Assembly (NCBI GenBank): GCA_964419905.1
Contig: CAYQSE010000010.1
Span: 1-56,987, forward strand
Reading direction: 5' to 3'
Length of the DNA stretch: 56,987 bases
DNA from: an uncultured Enterobacteriaceae bacterium
GTDB taxonomy: Bacteria > Myxococcota_A > UBA796 > GCA-2862545
The notes below the pieces were generated by a model that saw only the letters and a list, made by a program, of their open reading frames with translations, did no database searches and was not told the DNA's origin. The position numbers were made by a program, and so were the translations under genes. Below are positions 44,879-55,561 of this stretch, piece by piece; position 1 is the stretch's first letter, and every line of letters starts with the position of its first letter.

Positions 44879-45751
44879 ATGATGGATCCACGCGCGTTCA
44901 CCCTCCCCCTCCCCACCCTCGGCGGCAAGCAGCTGTGGGCCGACGAGCTGGTGCACCGCCGCTATCGGGTGCAGCGCAGCGTGGTCACCGGTCACTTCCG
45001 CCTGCTCGATCCGCGCGACGTGCGGCTCGCGGTGGGCACCTTCGAGACGTGTGAGCGGGCGCTGGCGCTGCAGCTCGCCGAGCGCCCCGCGCCGCGTCAC
45101 AGCGACCACGTCGTCATCCTGCTGCACGGCATCTTTCGCGCGAAGGACGCGTGGGTGCCGATGGGCAAGGCGCTCAAGGCGGCAGGGTTCGATCCTGAGC
45201 CGGTGAACTACCCGAGCACCCAGGACAGCATCGAGGGCCACGCCGATCAGGTCGAGCGACTCCTCGGGCGGCTGCGCGGCGCGCGCGAGGTGTCGTTCGT
45301 CACCCACAGCATGGGTGGGCTGGTCGCGCGAGAGCTGCTCGCGCGGGACGCGCCGTGGCGCGAGCGGCTGGCGGTGAACCGACTGGTGATGATCGCCACG
45401 CCGAACCGCGGCGCGGACATGGCCGACCGGCTGGCGCCGCTGTGGGCGTTCCGGCGCCTCGCGGGCCCGGCGGGCTCGCAGCTCACCCACGACTATGTGC
45501 CCGAGCTCCCGTTGCCGAACGTCCCGTTCGGCATCGTCGCGGGCGTGCGCGGCGACGGGCGCGGGTTCAACCCGCTGCTGCAGGGCGACGACGACGTGAC
45601 CGTCTCGCTCGACTCGACCCACCTCGAAGGCGCCGAGGATCGGATGACGGTGCAGGCGATCCACACCTTCATCATGCAGAGCCCGCCCGTGGTGGCAGCG
45701 ACGGTTCGCTACCTGAAGACCGGGCGGTTCGGCGAGGTCACGGAAGGCTGA
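44879..45751 (+). CDS. alpha/beta hydrolase (lipase/PGAP1-like)
   Basis: VVILLHGIF and THSMGGLVARE (GxSxG) motifs. ATGATG start at 44879. Confidence 0.75.
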   Translation: MMDPRAFTLPLPTLGGKQLWADELVHRRYRVQRSVVTGHFRLLDPRDVRLAVGTFETCERALALQLAERPAPRHSDHVVILLHGIFRAKDAWVPMGKALKAAGFDPEPVNYPSTQDSIEGHADQVERLLGRLRGAREVSFVTHSMGGLVARELLARDAPWRERLAVNRLVMIATPNRGADMADRLAPLWAFRRLAGPAGSQLTHDYVPELPLPNVPFGIVAGVRGDGRGFNPLLQGDDDVTVSLDSTHLEGAEDRMTVQAIHTFIMQSPPVVAATVRYLKTGRFGEVTEG

Positions 45752-46622
45752 TCGGCAGGCGGAACCACGCGCTCTGCAGGTCGCTGCAGTTGTCGGTCCA
45801 CCACACCCACGACGCGCCGCGATCGTAGAACGGGGTGGGCCAGTAGGTGCCCCACGTCGACTGCGACGCGCAGGTGACCGCCGGACTCCACGCGCTGTCG
45901 TCGAACGCGGTGTCGGTCCAGTCGGCGGGCGGCTGCGTCGCGGTCATGCGCCACGAGCCGTCGCCGGTCACCCAGGTGTCGACCCCGTCCACCGCGACCA
46001 CCGCGATCAGCCCCGAGATCACCGACGCCTGGTCGCGCGCGTGGATCGCGAGGACGTGGTCGCCGCTGTCGAGGTCGAGGGTGAGCGTGTCGAAGTAGTT
46101 CCACACCGTGGTGTTCGTGCCCTGCTGGGCGACCCCGTCCACCCACGCGTCCCAGGCGTCGTCCGCGGTGAGGAAGATGTCGATCGTGTACGTCTGAACC
46201 GGCGGCGGTGGCGGCTCCAGCCCCTCTCCGGCGAGCGTGACGTCGACGACGCCGTCGAGGGCGGCGTCCGATGCGACGGTGACGGCACCGGACGCCGCGC
46301 CGACCGCGTTCGGGGTGAACGTGACCGCGAACGGGGTGGACTCGTCGGCGCCGAGCGTCGTGATCGTCAGCGGCGTGAGCGTGAACGTGCCGCTCGGATC
46401 GGTCAGCGCGAGCGGCTCCAGCGTCAGCGTGCCCAGGCCGACGTTACGCACGGTGACCGTCTGCTCCGCCTCCTCGCCGAGCGCGACTTCGCCGAAGTCC
46501 AGCGCGGAAGGCTGTACGCTGAGCGCGGGGCCGTTGCCGGGCGGGACGACACCGGGCGGGCCGTGCAGGTCGTACTCACCACAGCCGAGCGCCAGGATCG
46601 GCAGGATCCACCTTGCGATCAT
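45738..46622 (-). CDS. hypothetical lipoprotein with ASH/choice-of-anchor-D-like beta domain
   Basis: MIARWILPILALGCG lipobox. AAGGGGGAA RBS. LSVQPSALDFGEVALGEEAEQTVTVRNVG resembles an ASH-type beta-sandwich. Confidence 0.6.
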   Translation of the reverse strand: MIARWILPILALGCGEYDLHGPPGVVPPGNGPALSVQPSALDFGEVALGEEAEQTVTVRNVGLGTLTLEPLALTDPSGTFTLTPLTITTLGADESTPFAVTFTPNAVGAASGAVTVASDAALDGVVDVTLAGEGLEPPPPPVQTYTIDIFLTADDAWDAWVDGVAQQGTNTTVWNYFDTLTLDLDSGDHVLAIHARDQASVISGLIAVVAVDGVDTWVTGDGSWRMTATQPPADWTDTAFDDSAWSPAVTCASQSTWGTYWPTPFYDRGASWVWWTDNCSDLQSAWFRLPISLP

Positions 46623-46746
46623 CGTTTCCCCCTTGACCGTTTGGTCAGGCTCGCGAGGATACACGCCGGTCGCGCGGCCCGCAACCGCCAGTACACGCCG
46701 CGCTCGCCGGAGGTAGGATGCACGTGGCTGTCGACCGGAGGACGCC

Positions 46747-48411
46747 GTGCCGCGTACGTTCCTGACTCCCCTCGCCGCGCTCGCGCTCTGCGTCGGCCTC
46801 GCCGCGTGCAGTGCGACCCAGCGTCAGGGCAGCGTGCTCGCCCGTTCCGGGCAGTACGCCGAGGCCACCCAGGTCTATGTCGACGCGCTCCGCGCCAACC
46901 CGGGGCATGGCTGGGCGCGCAGCGGGATGCGCCGCTACGGCGAGCTGGCCTACCTCCAGACGCTGGACCTCGCCCGCGAGCGCGAGGCCGAGGGCGACTA
47001 CGAGGTGTCGTTGGTCGCCTACGACGAGGTGATCGGCCTCCTCTCGGCGCTCAAGACGTATGACGCGCTGACGTTCACGCCGGACACCCACCTGCGCGCA
47101 GAGCGGGACGGGGTGCGACGAAAGCTGCTCGAGACGCGGTACCGGGAGGGCGTCGCGAACGCGTCGCTGGGGCGGTGGGACACGGCGCTCGCTCGCTTCG
47201 AGTCCGCCTCCGAGATCGACCCGGGCTACCTCGACCTTCCGGCGCAGATCGAGCGCTCGCACCGCGCGCTCGCCGAGCAGGCGCTCGAGCAGCGCCGCTA
47301 CGCGGACGCGGTCCGCGCGTTCCAGGCCGCGCACGCGCTGTCGGGCGACACCGAGCACCTGGCGTGGGCCGCGGCGATCCTGGCCGCCACCGGGCGCTAC
47401 TACCTGCGCCAGGGGGCTTGTCGGCAGGCGGTGGACGCGCTCGAGGGCGCGCTGCCGCACGCCATCAACGACGCGACGCTCGAGGCCACGCTCGACGCTG
47501 CGCTGGAGTGTGCGCGGGTCGAGCTGGTGGTCGAGCCGTTCGAGGTCGCGTTCGGCCTCGCGGTGCCCGAGAACCTCGACCTCGGCGCGATGGTCGCCGA
47601 CAAGCTCTCCGAGCAGCTGGTCGCGCAGGGCAGCCGCCACGTCCGGCTGATCGACCCCGCGCTCGGTCGCGCGGCGAGGGAGCCGTCGGCGACGAGCCAC
47701 CGCTTCGCCGTGCGCGGGCGGATCTCGCGGCTCGAGGTGCAGCGGCTCACGCTGGAGCCGATCACCGAGCAGACGCAAGGCACGCTGCGCGATCTCTGTC
47801 CGGGCCACTCGGGCTACTACACGAGCACCGACGCGCTGTGCGACGAGGAGGTCGCGGTCGCGTACCGCCGCGACGAGCAGACGGTCGAGATGAAGCTGTC
47901 GGCGGCGCTCAAGGTGCTCGATCCGGTCAATGGCGAGCAGAAGCTGACGCGGACCCATGACGCGTCCGCGTTCCAGTCCGCGGTGCAGCTCTCCGAGTTC
48001 AAGCGGGTGTTTCGCGGCGAGTGGACGCCGACCGCCATCTCCGCGTCGCCGATGAAGGATACCGTCATGCTGCCCGAGGCGATCGTGGCGCTGCAGTCTC
48101 GCCCGGCGCCGCTGCCCACCGACGCCGACATGGTCTCGGCGGCAGCAGAGAACCTCGCGGTGCAGGTCGCGGCGGTGATCCTCACCAGCGTGGACGTCGA
48201 GGTCGAGGCCGCGGCGCCGAAGGCGCTCGCGAATATCCGGCGTCCGCTCACCGACCCGAACCAGATCGAGCTGCAGTCCGGCGAGGTCACGTCCCAGCCG
48301 GTGCCCGGGCGCGAGCCACCGCCCGAGCCCGAGCAGGAGGCCGAAGGCGCGCAGGAGTCCGAAGCCGAGCAGGAGGCCGAAGGCGCGCCCGCGCCGCCCG
48401 AGGCGCCGTAG
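46747..48411 (+). CDS. TPR-like repeat lipoprotein with acidic C-terminal tail
   Basis: GTG start. LAALALCVGLAAC lipobox. Helical repeat region. Glu/Ala-rich tail EPEQEAEGAQESEAEQEAEGAPAPPEAP. Confidence 0.65.
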   Translation: MPRTFLTPLAALALCVGLAACSATQRQGSVLARSGQYAEATQVYVDALRANPGHGWARSGMRRYGELAYLQTLDLAREREAEGDYEVSLVAYDEVIGLLSALKTYDALTFTPDTHLRAERDGVRRKLLETRYREGVANASLGRWDTALARFESASEIDPGYLDLPAQIERSHRALAEQALEQRRYADAVRAFQAAHALSGDTEHLAWAAAILAATGRYYLRQGACRQAVDALEGALPHAINDATLEATLDAALECARVELVVEPFEVAFGLAVPENLDLGAMVADKLSEQLVAQGSRHVRLIDPALGRAAREPSATSHRFAVRGRISRLEVQRLTLEPITEQTQGTLRDLCPGHSGYYTSTDALCDEEVAVAYRRDEQTVEMKLSAALKVLDPVNGEQKLTRTHDASAFQSAVQLSEFKRVFRGEWTPTAISASPMKDTVMLPEAIVALQSRPAPLPTDADMVSAAAENLAVQVAAVILTSVDVEVEAAAPKALANIRRPLTDPNQIELQSGEVTSQPVPGREPPPEPEQEAEGAQESEAEQEAEGAPAPPEAP

Positions 48412-48422
48412 CCCTGCGCGGC

Positions 48423-50327
<1,905 letters not shown>

Positions 50328-51875
50328 TCAGCGCCCTCGGCCGCGGACGCCGGTCTCCTGGTCGAGCACCTGCAGCGTCTGCTTGTACAAGAACCGCGCC
50401 TGCTGCAGGTTGTCGCCGATCGCTACCACGCCCACCTTCCCGTACTCCGATAACGCTCCGATGAGGTGGAAGACGACCCCGCGCTCGGTGGGGCCGTGGA
50501 AGTGCAGCCCATGGTAGACCGCGATGTCGATCAGGTCGTCGGGCATCAGGCCGCGGTAGCGACGCTCCTGGATGGTGTCGGTCGCGAAATAGTACTTCGG
50601 ACGCCCGGAAGGCGAATAGAACAGCCCGTCGCCGGGATGGAACTCGCCCGCCGTCAGGAACTTCAGCGTGAGGAAGGGGTGGGTGGTGCCACCCTTACGC
50701 AGGTTGATCTCGATCGCGGAGTGCTTCCACCCGGCATCGGTCTTCACCGAGACGTAGTCGATGCCGAACCGTCCGATCACGCCGTGCCGCGCGAGCACGG
50801 CGGCCACCTTGGCGGCTGAGTCCTGGATGTCGAGGCGATACGCGGGCGCGGCCGGAAACGTGCACCCGAGGAAGACCTGCCCGGACGGCCCGCCGAGCAC
50901 CTGATCGTGCGTCGAGATCACCTGCGGCTCGCCGATCGGGTTCACGCGGCACTGCGCCGACGGTGAGGTCTTGTGGGCGCCCTCGACGAACGCCTCGACC
51001 ACGCCGCCCATCTCCTGGTACTTCGCGGCGAACGACTCCCAGCGCTCGTCGGGGGCCTCGAACCGGAGGTCCGGCAGTCGGTCGAGGATCGCGCGCGCAA
51101 GCCCCGGATCGGAGGGATCGAGGCCCTCGTAGCGAAAGATCGCGTTGCCCTCGCCAGAGAAGCCCTCGTTGAGCTTGACCACCGCGCGGCTCGCGGTGGG
51201 ATCGTGGCGGTAGACCTCGACGAGCGCGCCCGCGATGTCGTCGGGCGTGCTCAGGCGCTCGAAGCCGAACGGCATCTCGACGCCCGCCTCGCGGAACACC
51301 TCGCGGCAGCCGCTCTTCGTGCCGAGGAAGTTGAGCTGTGGATCGACCGAGTTCAGCGGGATCCCGAGCCGCACCGCGAGCGTGCGCTCGAACGGGCTGG
51401 AGTTGAAGCAGACCATGTGCGCGCGGGACACGTCGCCCAGCTCGAGGCGCAGCCGCTCCAGCAGGCGCGGGCGCTCCAGGATCTTCTCGGTCAGGCACCG
51501 CTCGCTCGAGCCGTCGGCGCAGTCGAGCAGCACCAGCCGCTTGCGCGCGTGGCTGCTCGGCACGCCCGGCAGCAGCGCCAGGTAGTAGTCGACCACCGTG
51601 GGGTGGAGCTGCTGGCTCGTGACGTAGATCAACTTGGTCCGCGGCTGGCGGAGCAGCATCAGGTTCACGAGCATCCGCTCTTCGTAGTGGATCACCCCGC
51701 TGACCTTGCGCAGCTCGCGCGGATCGAGCGAGAGCGACGGCACGATCAGCACCGCCTGCGGGGTGCGCGGATCGCTTCCGAGCGCGTGGAACAGCGCGGG
51801 GACGCGCTCTTGGAGTTCGTGGAACGCCCGGATCTCCTCGGGCGAGCCGGGCGCGGGCCAGGGGGGTACCGTCAT
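50328..51875 (-). CDS. ATP-grasp superfamily protein, PGM1-like
   Basis: VVKLNEGFSGEGNAIF and RFGIDYVSVKTDAGWKHSAIEINLRKGGTTHP (ExN Mg site) suggest an ATP-grasp fold. The stop abuts the ftsH ATG. ATG 51875; the track ORF extends upstream. Confidence 0.7.
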   Translation of the reverse strand: MTVPPWPAPGSPEEIRAFHELQERVPALFHALGSDPRTPQAVLIVPSLSLDPRELRKVSGVIHYEERMLVNLMLLRQPRTKLIYVTSQQLHPTVVDYYLALLPGVPSSHARKRLVLLDCADGSSERCLTEKILERPRLLERLRLELGDVSRAHMVCFNSSPFERTLAVRLGIPLNSVDPQLNFLGTKSGCREVFREAGVEMPFGFERLSTPDDIAGALVEVYRHDPTASRAVVKLNEGFSGEGNAIFRYEGLDPSDPGLARAILDRLPDLRFEAPDERWESFAAKYQEMGGVVEAFVEGAHKTSPSAQCRVNPIGEPQVISTHDQVLGGPSGQVFLGCTFPAAPAYRLDIQDSAAKVAAVLARHGVIGRFGIDYVSVKTDAGWKHSAIEINLRKGGTTHPFLTLKFLTAGEFHPGDGLFYSPSGRPKYYFATDTIQERRYRGLMPDDLIDIAVYHGLHFHGPTERGVVFHLIGALSEYGKVGVVAIGDNLQQARFLYKQTLQVLDQETGVRGRGR

Positions 51876-51958
51876 GCAACGATCATACCCAAAGCTGGCG
51901 GCGTCGGGCTGCGGGTCGGCGTGGGTTGCGGCTATGTTCTCGCCCCGGAGGAGGACGC

Positions 51959-52792
51959 ATGGAGCCCGTGCGCGTCGCGGACATCGCAATCGGACCCGGC
52001 CGACCGCTCGTGCTGGTCGCGGGTCCGTGCGTGCTCGAGGGGCGCGACATGGCGCTCGCGATCGCCGAGTCCCTCGCGCGCACCTGTGCTGCGCTCGGGC
52101 TCCCGCTGATCTTCAAGGGGAGCTTCGACAAGGCGAACCGCACCAGCGCAGACAGCTTCCGCGGCCCGGGGCTCGATGCAGGGCTCGGCTGGCTGGCCGA
52201 GATCCGCGCGCTCACCGGGCTGCCCGTCACGACCGATGTGCACGAGCCCGCCCAGGCGAGCGCGGTCGCCGAGGCGGTCGACCTGCTGCAGGTGCCGGCG
52301 TTCCTGTGCCGTCAGACCGACCTGCTCGAGGCGTGCGGTCGCACCGGTCGTCCGGTGAACATCAAGAAGGGCCCGTTCCTCGCGCCGCGGGATCTGGCGC
52401 ACGCCGCCGCGAAGGTCCGCGGCGCCGGCGGCGCGGGGGTGCTCGCGACCGAGCGCGGCACCACGTTCGGCTACCACGACCTCGTGGCGGATCTTCGCGC
52501 GATCCCGTGGCTGCACGACGTCGGGCTCCCGGTGGTGTTCGACGCCACGCACGCGGTGCAGCGCCCCGGCGGCGGCGACGGGCGCAGCGGCGGGGAGCGG
52601 CGCCTCGCGCCCACCCTCGCGCGCGCGGCGGTGGCGGCGGGCGCGGACGCGATCTTCCTCGAGGTCCACCCCGACCCGGCGCGCGCGCTGTCGGACGCCG
52701 CGACCCAGCTCCCGCTGGACGGTCTGCCCGCGCTGCTCGCCGACCTGGTCGCGCTGGCGGCGGTGGTGCGGCGCGCGGGAGACGCGACGTGA
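51959..52792 (+). CDS. kdsA: 3-deoxy-8-phosphooctulonate (KDO8P) synthase
   Basis: PLVLVAGPCVLE, IFKGSFDKANRTS, TDVHEPAQA, VVFDATHAVQ; colinear with E. coli KdsA. GGAGGAGG RBS. Confidence 0.9.
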   Translation: MEPVRVADIAIGPGRPLVLVAGPCVLEGRDMALAIAESLARTCAALGLPLIFKGSFDKANRTSADSFRGPGLDAGLGWLAEIRALTGLPVTTDVHEPAQASAVAEAVDLLQVPAFLCRQTDLLEACGRTGRPVNIKKGPFLAPRDLAHAAAKVRGAGGAGVLATERGTTFGYHDLVADLRAIPWLHDVGLPVVFDATHAVQRPGGGDGRSGGERRLAPTLARAAVAAGADAIFLEVHPDPARALSDAATQLPLDGLPALLADLVALAAVVRRAGDAT

Positions 52793-53880
52793 TCCGGCTG
52801 GGCTGCGCGCTGCTGGCGCTCGCGGGCTGCGGTCCGCGCGGCGTCCCTGCCGCGGCGCCCGACGGCGGGCTGATCTGGGAGCAGCTTCGCCTGCGGGGCC
52901 CGGTGATCGGCGAGGCCGCGCTGGTGGTCGGTCCGGACGGCACCTCGGTGCTGATCGATGTCGGCAACGACAGCCACGAGGACGCGATCCGCGAGGCGCT
53001 GGCGCACCACACCGGCGAGGAGGCGGTCGACTGGGTCGTGCTCACGCACGCGCACGCGGATCACGTCGGCGGGTTCGACAAGCTCTTCGATCCGGCCGGC
53101 GCGCGCCCGGTGCCGGTGCGGCGCGGGGTGGTCGTGCGCGGCGGGCCGGTCGGCGGCGGCGCCAACGCGCGCGAGCGCGCCGAGGTCGACGCGATCCTCG
53201 CCGATCCGTCGTTCGGCGCGCCGGTGTTCGCGCTGTGTGACGCGGCCGCGTGTCCGGGGCTGTGGCGCGGCGCGCTCGATACGCCGGGCGACGAGGGGCC
53301 GACGCGGATCCCGCTCGGGGATGGCGCGGACCTGTGGCTCCTCCTGTCGAACGGCGCGATCGCGACCGCGGACGGCGTGATCCCCGGCCCACCGCTGGGC
53401 GTCGACGACAGCGAGGACGAGAACGCCCGCAGCCTCGGCGGCGCGCTGCGGTGGGGCGACTTCTCGCTGCTGTTCGCCGGAGATCTGACCGGCGGCGGCA
53501 AGGACACGCCGGACGTCGAGACGGCGATCGCCGCGGTCGCCGCCGATCCGTGGCCCGATCGGGTCGACGTGCTCAAGCTGAGCCACCACGGCATCCGCTC
53601 GTCGACCAACGACGCGTGGATCGCGCGCTTCCTGCACGGCGGCCCCGCGCACGCGCTGGTCGGCGCGAACAGCGGCTACCTCGCCGCGCCGTCGAGCGAC
53701 GTGCTCGACGCGCTCGCACCCGCGCTCGACGGCGGCCGCGTGTGGGCGTCGGGCACCGGCAGCCTGGTCCGCAGCCACCCCGCGCTCGTCGACGCGGGCC
53801 GCGCCGTCGTCGTCAGCGTCGACGGCGGCGGCGCGGACATCCGCGTCCTGCTTCGCGAGGGGCAGGGCTACGTCGAGTAG
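52789..53880 (+). CDS. MBL-fold metallo-hydrolase lipoprotein
   Basis: GTG 52789 overlaps the kdsA TGA. LLALAGC lipobox. VVLTHAHADHVGG (HxHxDH motif). LKLSHHG. Confidence 0.8.
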   Translation: MIRLGCALLALAGCGPRGVPAAAPDGGLIWEQLRLRGPVIGEAALVVGPDGTSVLIDVGNDSHEDAIREALAHHTGEEAVDWVVLTHAHADHVGGFDKLFDPAGARPVPVRRGVVVRGGPVGGGANARERAEVDAILADPSFGAPVFALCDAAACPGLWRGALDTPGDEGPTRIPLGDGADLWLLLSNGAIATADGVIPGPPLGVDDSEDENARSLGGALRWGDFSLLFAGDLTGGGKDTPDVETAIAAVAADPWPDRVDVLKLSHHGIRSSTNDAWIARFLHGGPAHALVGANSGYLAAPSSDVLDALAPALDGGRVWASGTGSLVRSHPALVDAGRAVVVSVDGGGADIRVLLREGQGYVE

Positions 53881-54004
53881 CCGAGGCGCGGCGCGCGATG
53901 ACAATGGGAACGATGTTCTCGGCGGATTGGAGGGGGGGCGCCTCGGAGTGGGAACAACGCCCGGTGGCGTGCTCGCGGCGGGTGGTGAGCGGCGGCGCGG
54001 TAGG

Positions 54005-54442
54005 ATGGTGGCCGGGCTGGGTCTCACGCAAAGACGCAAAGACGCAAAGGAGGGCAGGCTGACCGAGAACGAGGTCGCGAGGGTCGTCGTGGATGCGGCG
54101 TTCAAGGTCCACACGGCGCTGGGGCCTGGGCTGCTGGAGTCGGTGTACGAGACGGTGCTCGCGCACGAGCTGGGAGCTCGAGGGTTCCGGGTGCAGCGTC
54201 AGGTCCCGATCGCCATCGAGTACGACGGGATGCGCTTCAACGAGGCCTTCCGCGCCGATCTGCTGGTCGAGGACGTCCTGATCGTCGAGCTGAAGTCGAT
54301 CGAGGCCATCCGTCCGGTCCACGAGAAGCAGCTCCTCACCTACCTGCGCCTCTCCCCCCGCAAGCTCGGCCTGCTGATCAACTTCGGCGCTCCCGTGATC
54401 AAGGACGGCATCACCCGCGTCGTGAACGGCCCCGACCGCTGA
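54005..54442 (+). CDS. GxxExxY family protein (PD-(D/E)XK-like)
   Basis: LTENEVARVVVDAAFKVHTALGPGLLESVYETVLAHELGARGF...DLLVEDVLIVELKSIEAIRPVHEKQLLTYL matches the GxxExxY family (recalled from memory). AAGGAGG at 54047-54053 sits 5 nt before CTG 54059 (the LTENE start). The ATG 54005 N-terminus is encoded partly by the flanking repeat. Confidence 0.75.
   Translation: MVAGLGLTQRRKDAKEGRLTENEVARVVVDAAFKVHTALGPGLLESVYETVLAHELGARGFRVQRQVPIAIEYDGMRFNEAFRADLLVEDVLIVELKSIEAIRPVHEKQLLTYLRLSPRKLGLLINFGAPVIKDGITRVVNGPDR
54023..54050. repeat. left 28-bp inverted repeat CTCACGCAAAGACGCAAAGACGCAAAGG (partner 54451-54478; third copy 56850-56876)
   Basis: Its reverse complement matches 54451-54478 with 2 mismatches. 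Contains a GCAAAGAC triplication. Confidence 0.8.
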
Positions 54443-54450
54443 CGCCTCGG

Positions 54451-54478
54451 GCTTTGCGTCCTTGCGTCTTTGCGTGAG
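54451..54478. repeat. right inverted repeat GCTTTGCGTCCTTGCGTCTTTGCGTGAG
   Basis: Starts 9 nt after the GxxExxY stop. A near-identical copy at 56850-56876 follows the GxxExxY 3' fragment. Confidence 0.8.
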
Positions 54479-54575
54479 GTCCTTCCCGGTCCGCGAAACG
54501 AACGACGCTCCAAGCCTCCTGAACTTCCGGAGGGTTCGAAGGATCATTCCGAGCCGGATTATCGCGGTGCGCCTC

Positions 54576-55119
54576 TCAGCCGCTGCCCTTGGCAGCGGCG
54601 TCGGCACAAGCCGTCGAAGGGAACGCCGCCAGCGCCGCCTTCGCGACCGCCGCCTCCCGATCCGCCTCGGTCACCTGCTGGTAGAACCGCAGCATCACGA
54701 CCACCGAGTGTCCTGTCAGGCTCGCCGCCGTCGCCGGGTCCACCCCGGCGCGCAGCATCCGGGCGACGACCATGCGCCGCAGCCCGTGCGGCCTTGTCAT
54801 AGTGGGCGAGCGTGCGATCGGAGAGGTCGGCGCGCTCCTGCTGCCGGGCGTGCCAGCGGTCGATGAGCTCGCCCACGGTGTTCACCGGGCCGGTCGCGAC
54901 CTTGCTCGCCGGGGCCGGCAGTCCGCGCGTCACGTGGTCGGCGAGGAGGTGCTGGGCCTCGTCGCGGGTGGCCCAGCCCGCCCACACGAGGTCGCGGACG
55001 CCCTTTCGGCGTGCGCGCCCGTACCATGGCAGCACGCCGTCCTGCTCGCGGCTGCGGTTCATCGGCGAGGCGCGGACGGGGCCGATCTCGATGGGCTTCG
55101 GGCGGGTGGCCTTGGCCAT
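54576..55119 (-). pseudogene. tyrosine recombinase/phage integrase remnant with large internal deletion and frameshift
   Basis: N-terminal domain (...VNTVGELIDRWHARQQERADLSDRTLAHYDKAAR) in one frame; C-terminal HxLRH/Tyr box (RPHGLRRMVVARMLRAGVDPATAASLTGHSVVVMLRFYQQV) in another frame from ~54800. The catalytic core is missing. GGAGGTGAGC RBS. Confidence 0.6.
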
Positions 55120-55290
55120 CGCTCACCTCCGACCGGCGAACGGGCCGCCGAGGGGGCGCAGCGTGGGCGCGGCCGGCGCGCGGGTGCTCAACTCACAATG
55201 TTACCACGCCGTAGATGTCGTGTGCACACTCCATGGACGGCATGACACTCAGCGCGGCCCTCCTCCTGGTAGAGGCGCCCAGGTCAGCTT

Positions 55291-55331
55291 GCGCGCAGTT
55301 GCGCGCAAATGCGCGCAAAGGCACATGCGCA
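55291..55331. repeat. three 10-bp-phased direct repeats GCGCGCA(gtt/aat/aag) plus a GCGCA half-site
   Basis: GCGCGCAGTTGCGCGCAAATGCGCGCAAAG at 55291-55320, then GCACATGCGCATC. One helical turn of periodicity. Confidence 0.6.
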
Positions 55332-55453
55332 TCATGAAGACCGACGACCTCCCCGAGCTCCTCCGTGGTGGCGAGTCCGAGTCTGTCGAGTTCAAGACGT
55401 CGCTCGCGGACAGCAAGCGCATCGCGATGGCCTGGACGGCGCGATCACGATGA
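55325..55453 (+). pseudogene. truncated AlbA_2/Schlafen-like (divergent AAA-4) N-terminal fragment
   Basis: MRIMKTDDLPELLRGGESESVEFKTSLAD matches the characteristic N-terminus of AlbA_2-domain proteins but terminates after ~42 codons. Confidence 0.4.
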
Positions 55454-55511
55454 GTGGACTGCGCATTGGGGGAGGAGGGTAGCGTCCGGAGGACGTCGCT
55501 GCCTTCTTGGC

Positions 55512-55550
55512 ACCACGAAATCTCGGAGAATGGCTCCGAGATTTCGTGGT
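55512..55550. promoter_or_regulatory. perfect 17-bp inverted repeat ACCACGAAATCTCGGAG-aatgg-CTCCGAGATTTCGTGGT
   Basis: Seen directly. Lies 12 nt upstream of the ATG of the DUF4143 ATPase gene. AT-rich relative to the surrounding sequence. Confidence 0.6.
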
Positions 55551-55561
55551 AAAATTACGCC

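Noticed and set aside
43738-45054. 438-aa plus-strand ORF opposite the thioredoxin-cytochrome gene
   Set aside because: Antisense to a gene with eight CxxCH motifs. Low-complexity.
51706-52788. N-terminal part of the 724-aa plus-strand ORF upstream of the MBL lipoprotein
   Set aside because: Overlaps kdsA in another frame and is Arg/Gly-rich. The real gene starts at GTG 52789 with a lipobox.
52471-54114. 547-aa minus-strand ORF opposite the MBL lipoprotein
   Set aside because: No motifs. Antisense to the HxHxDH-containing gene.
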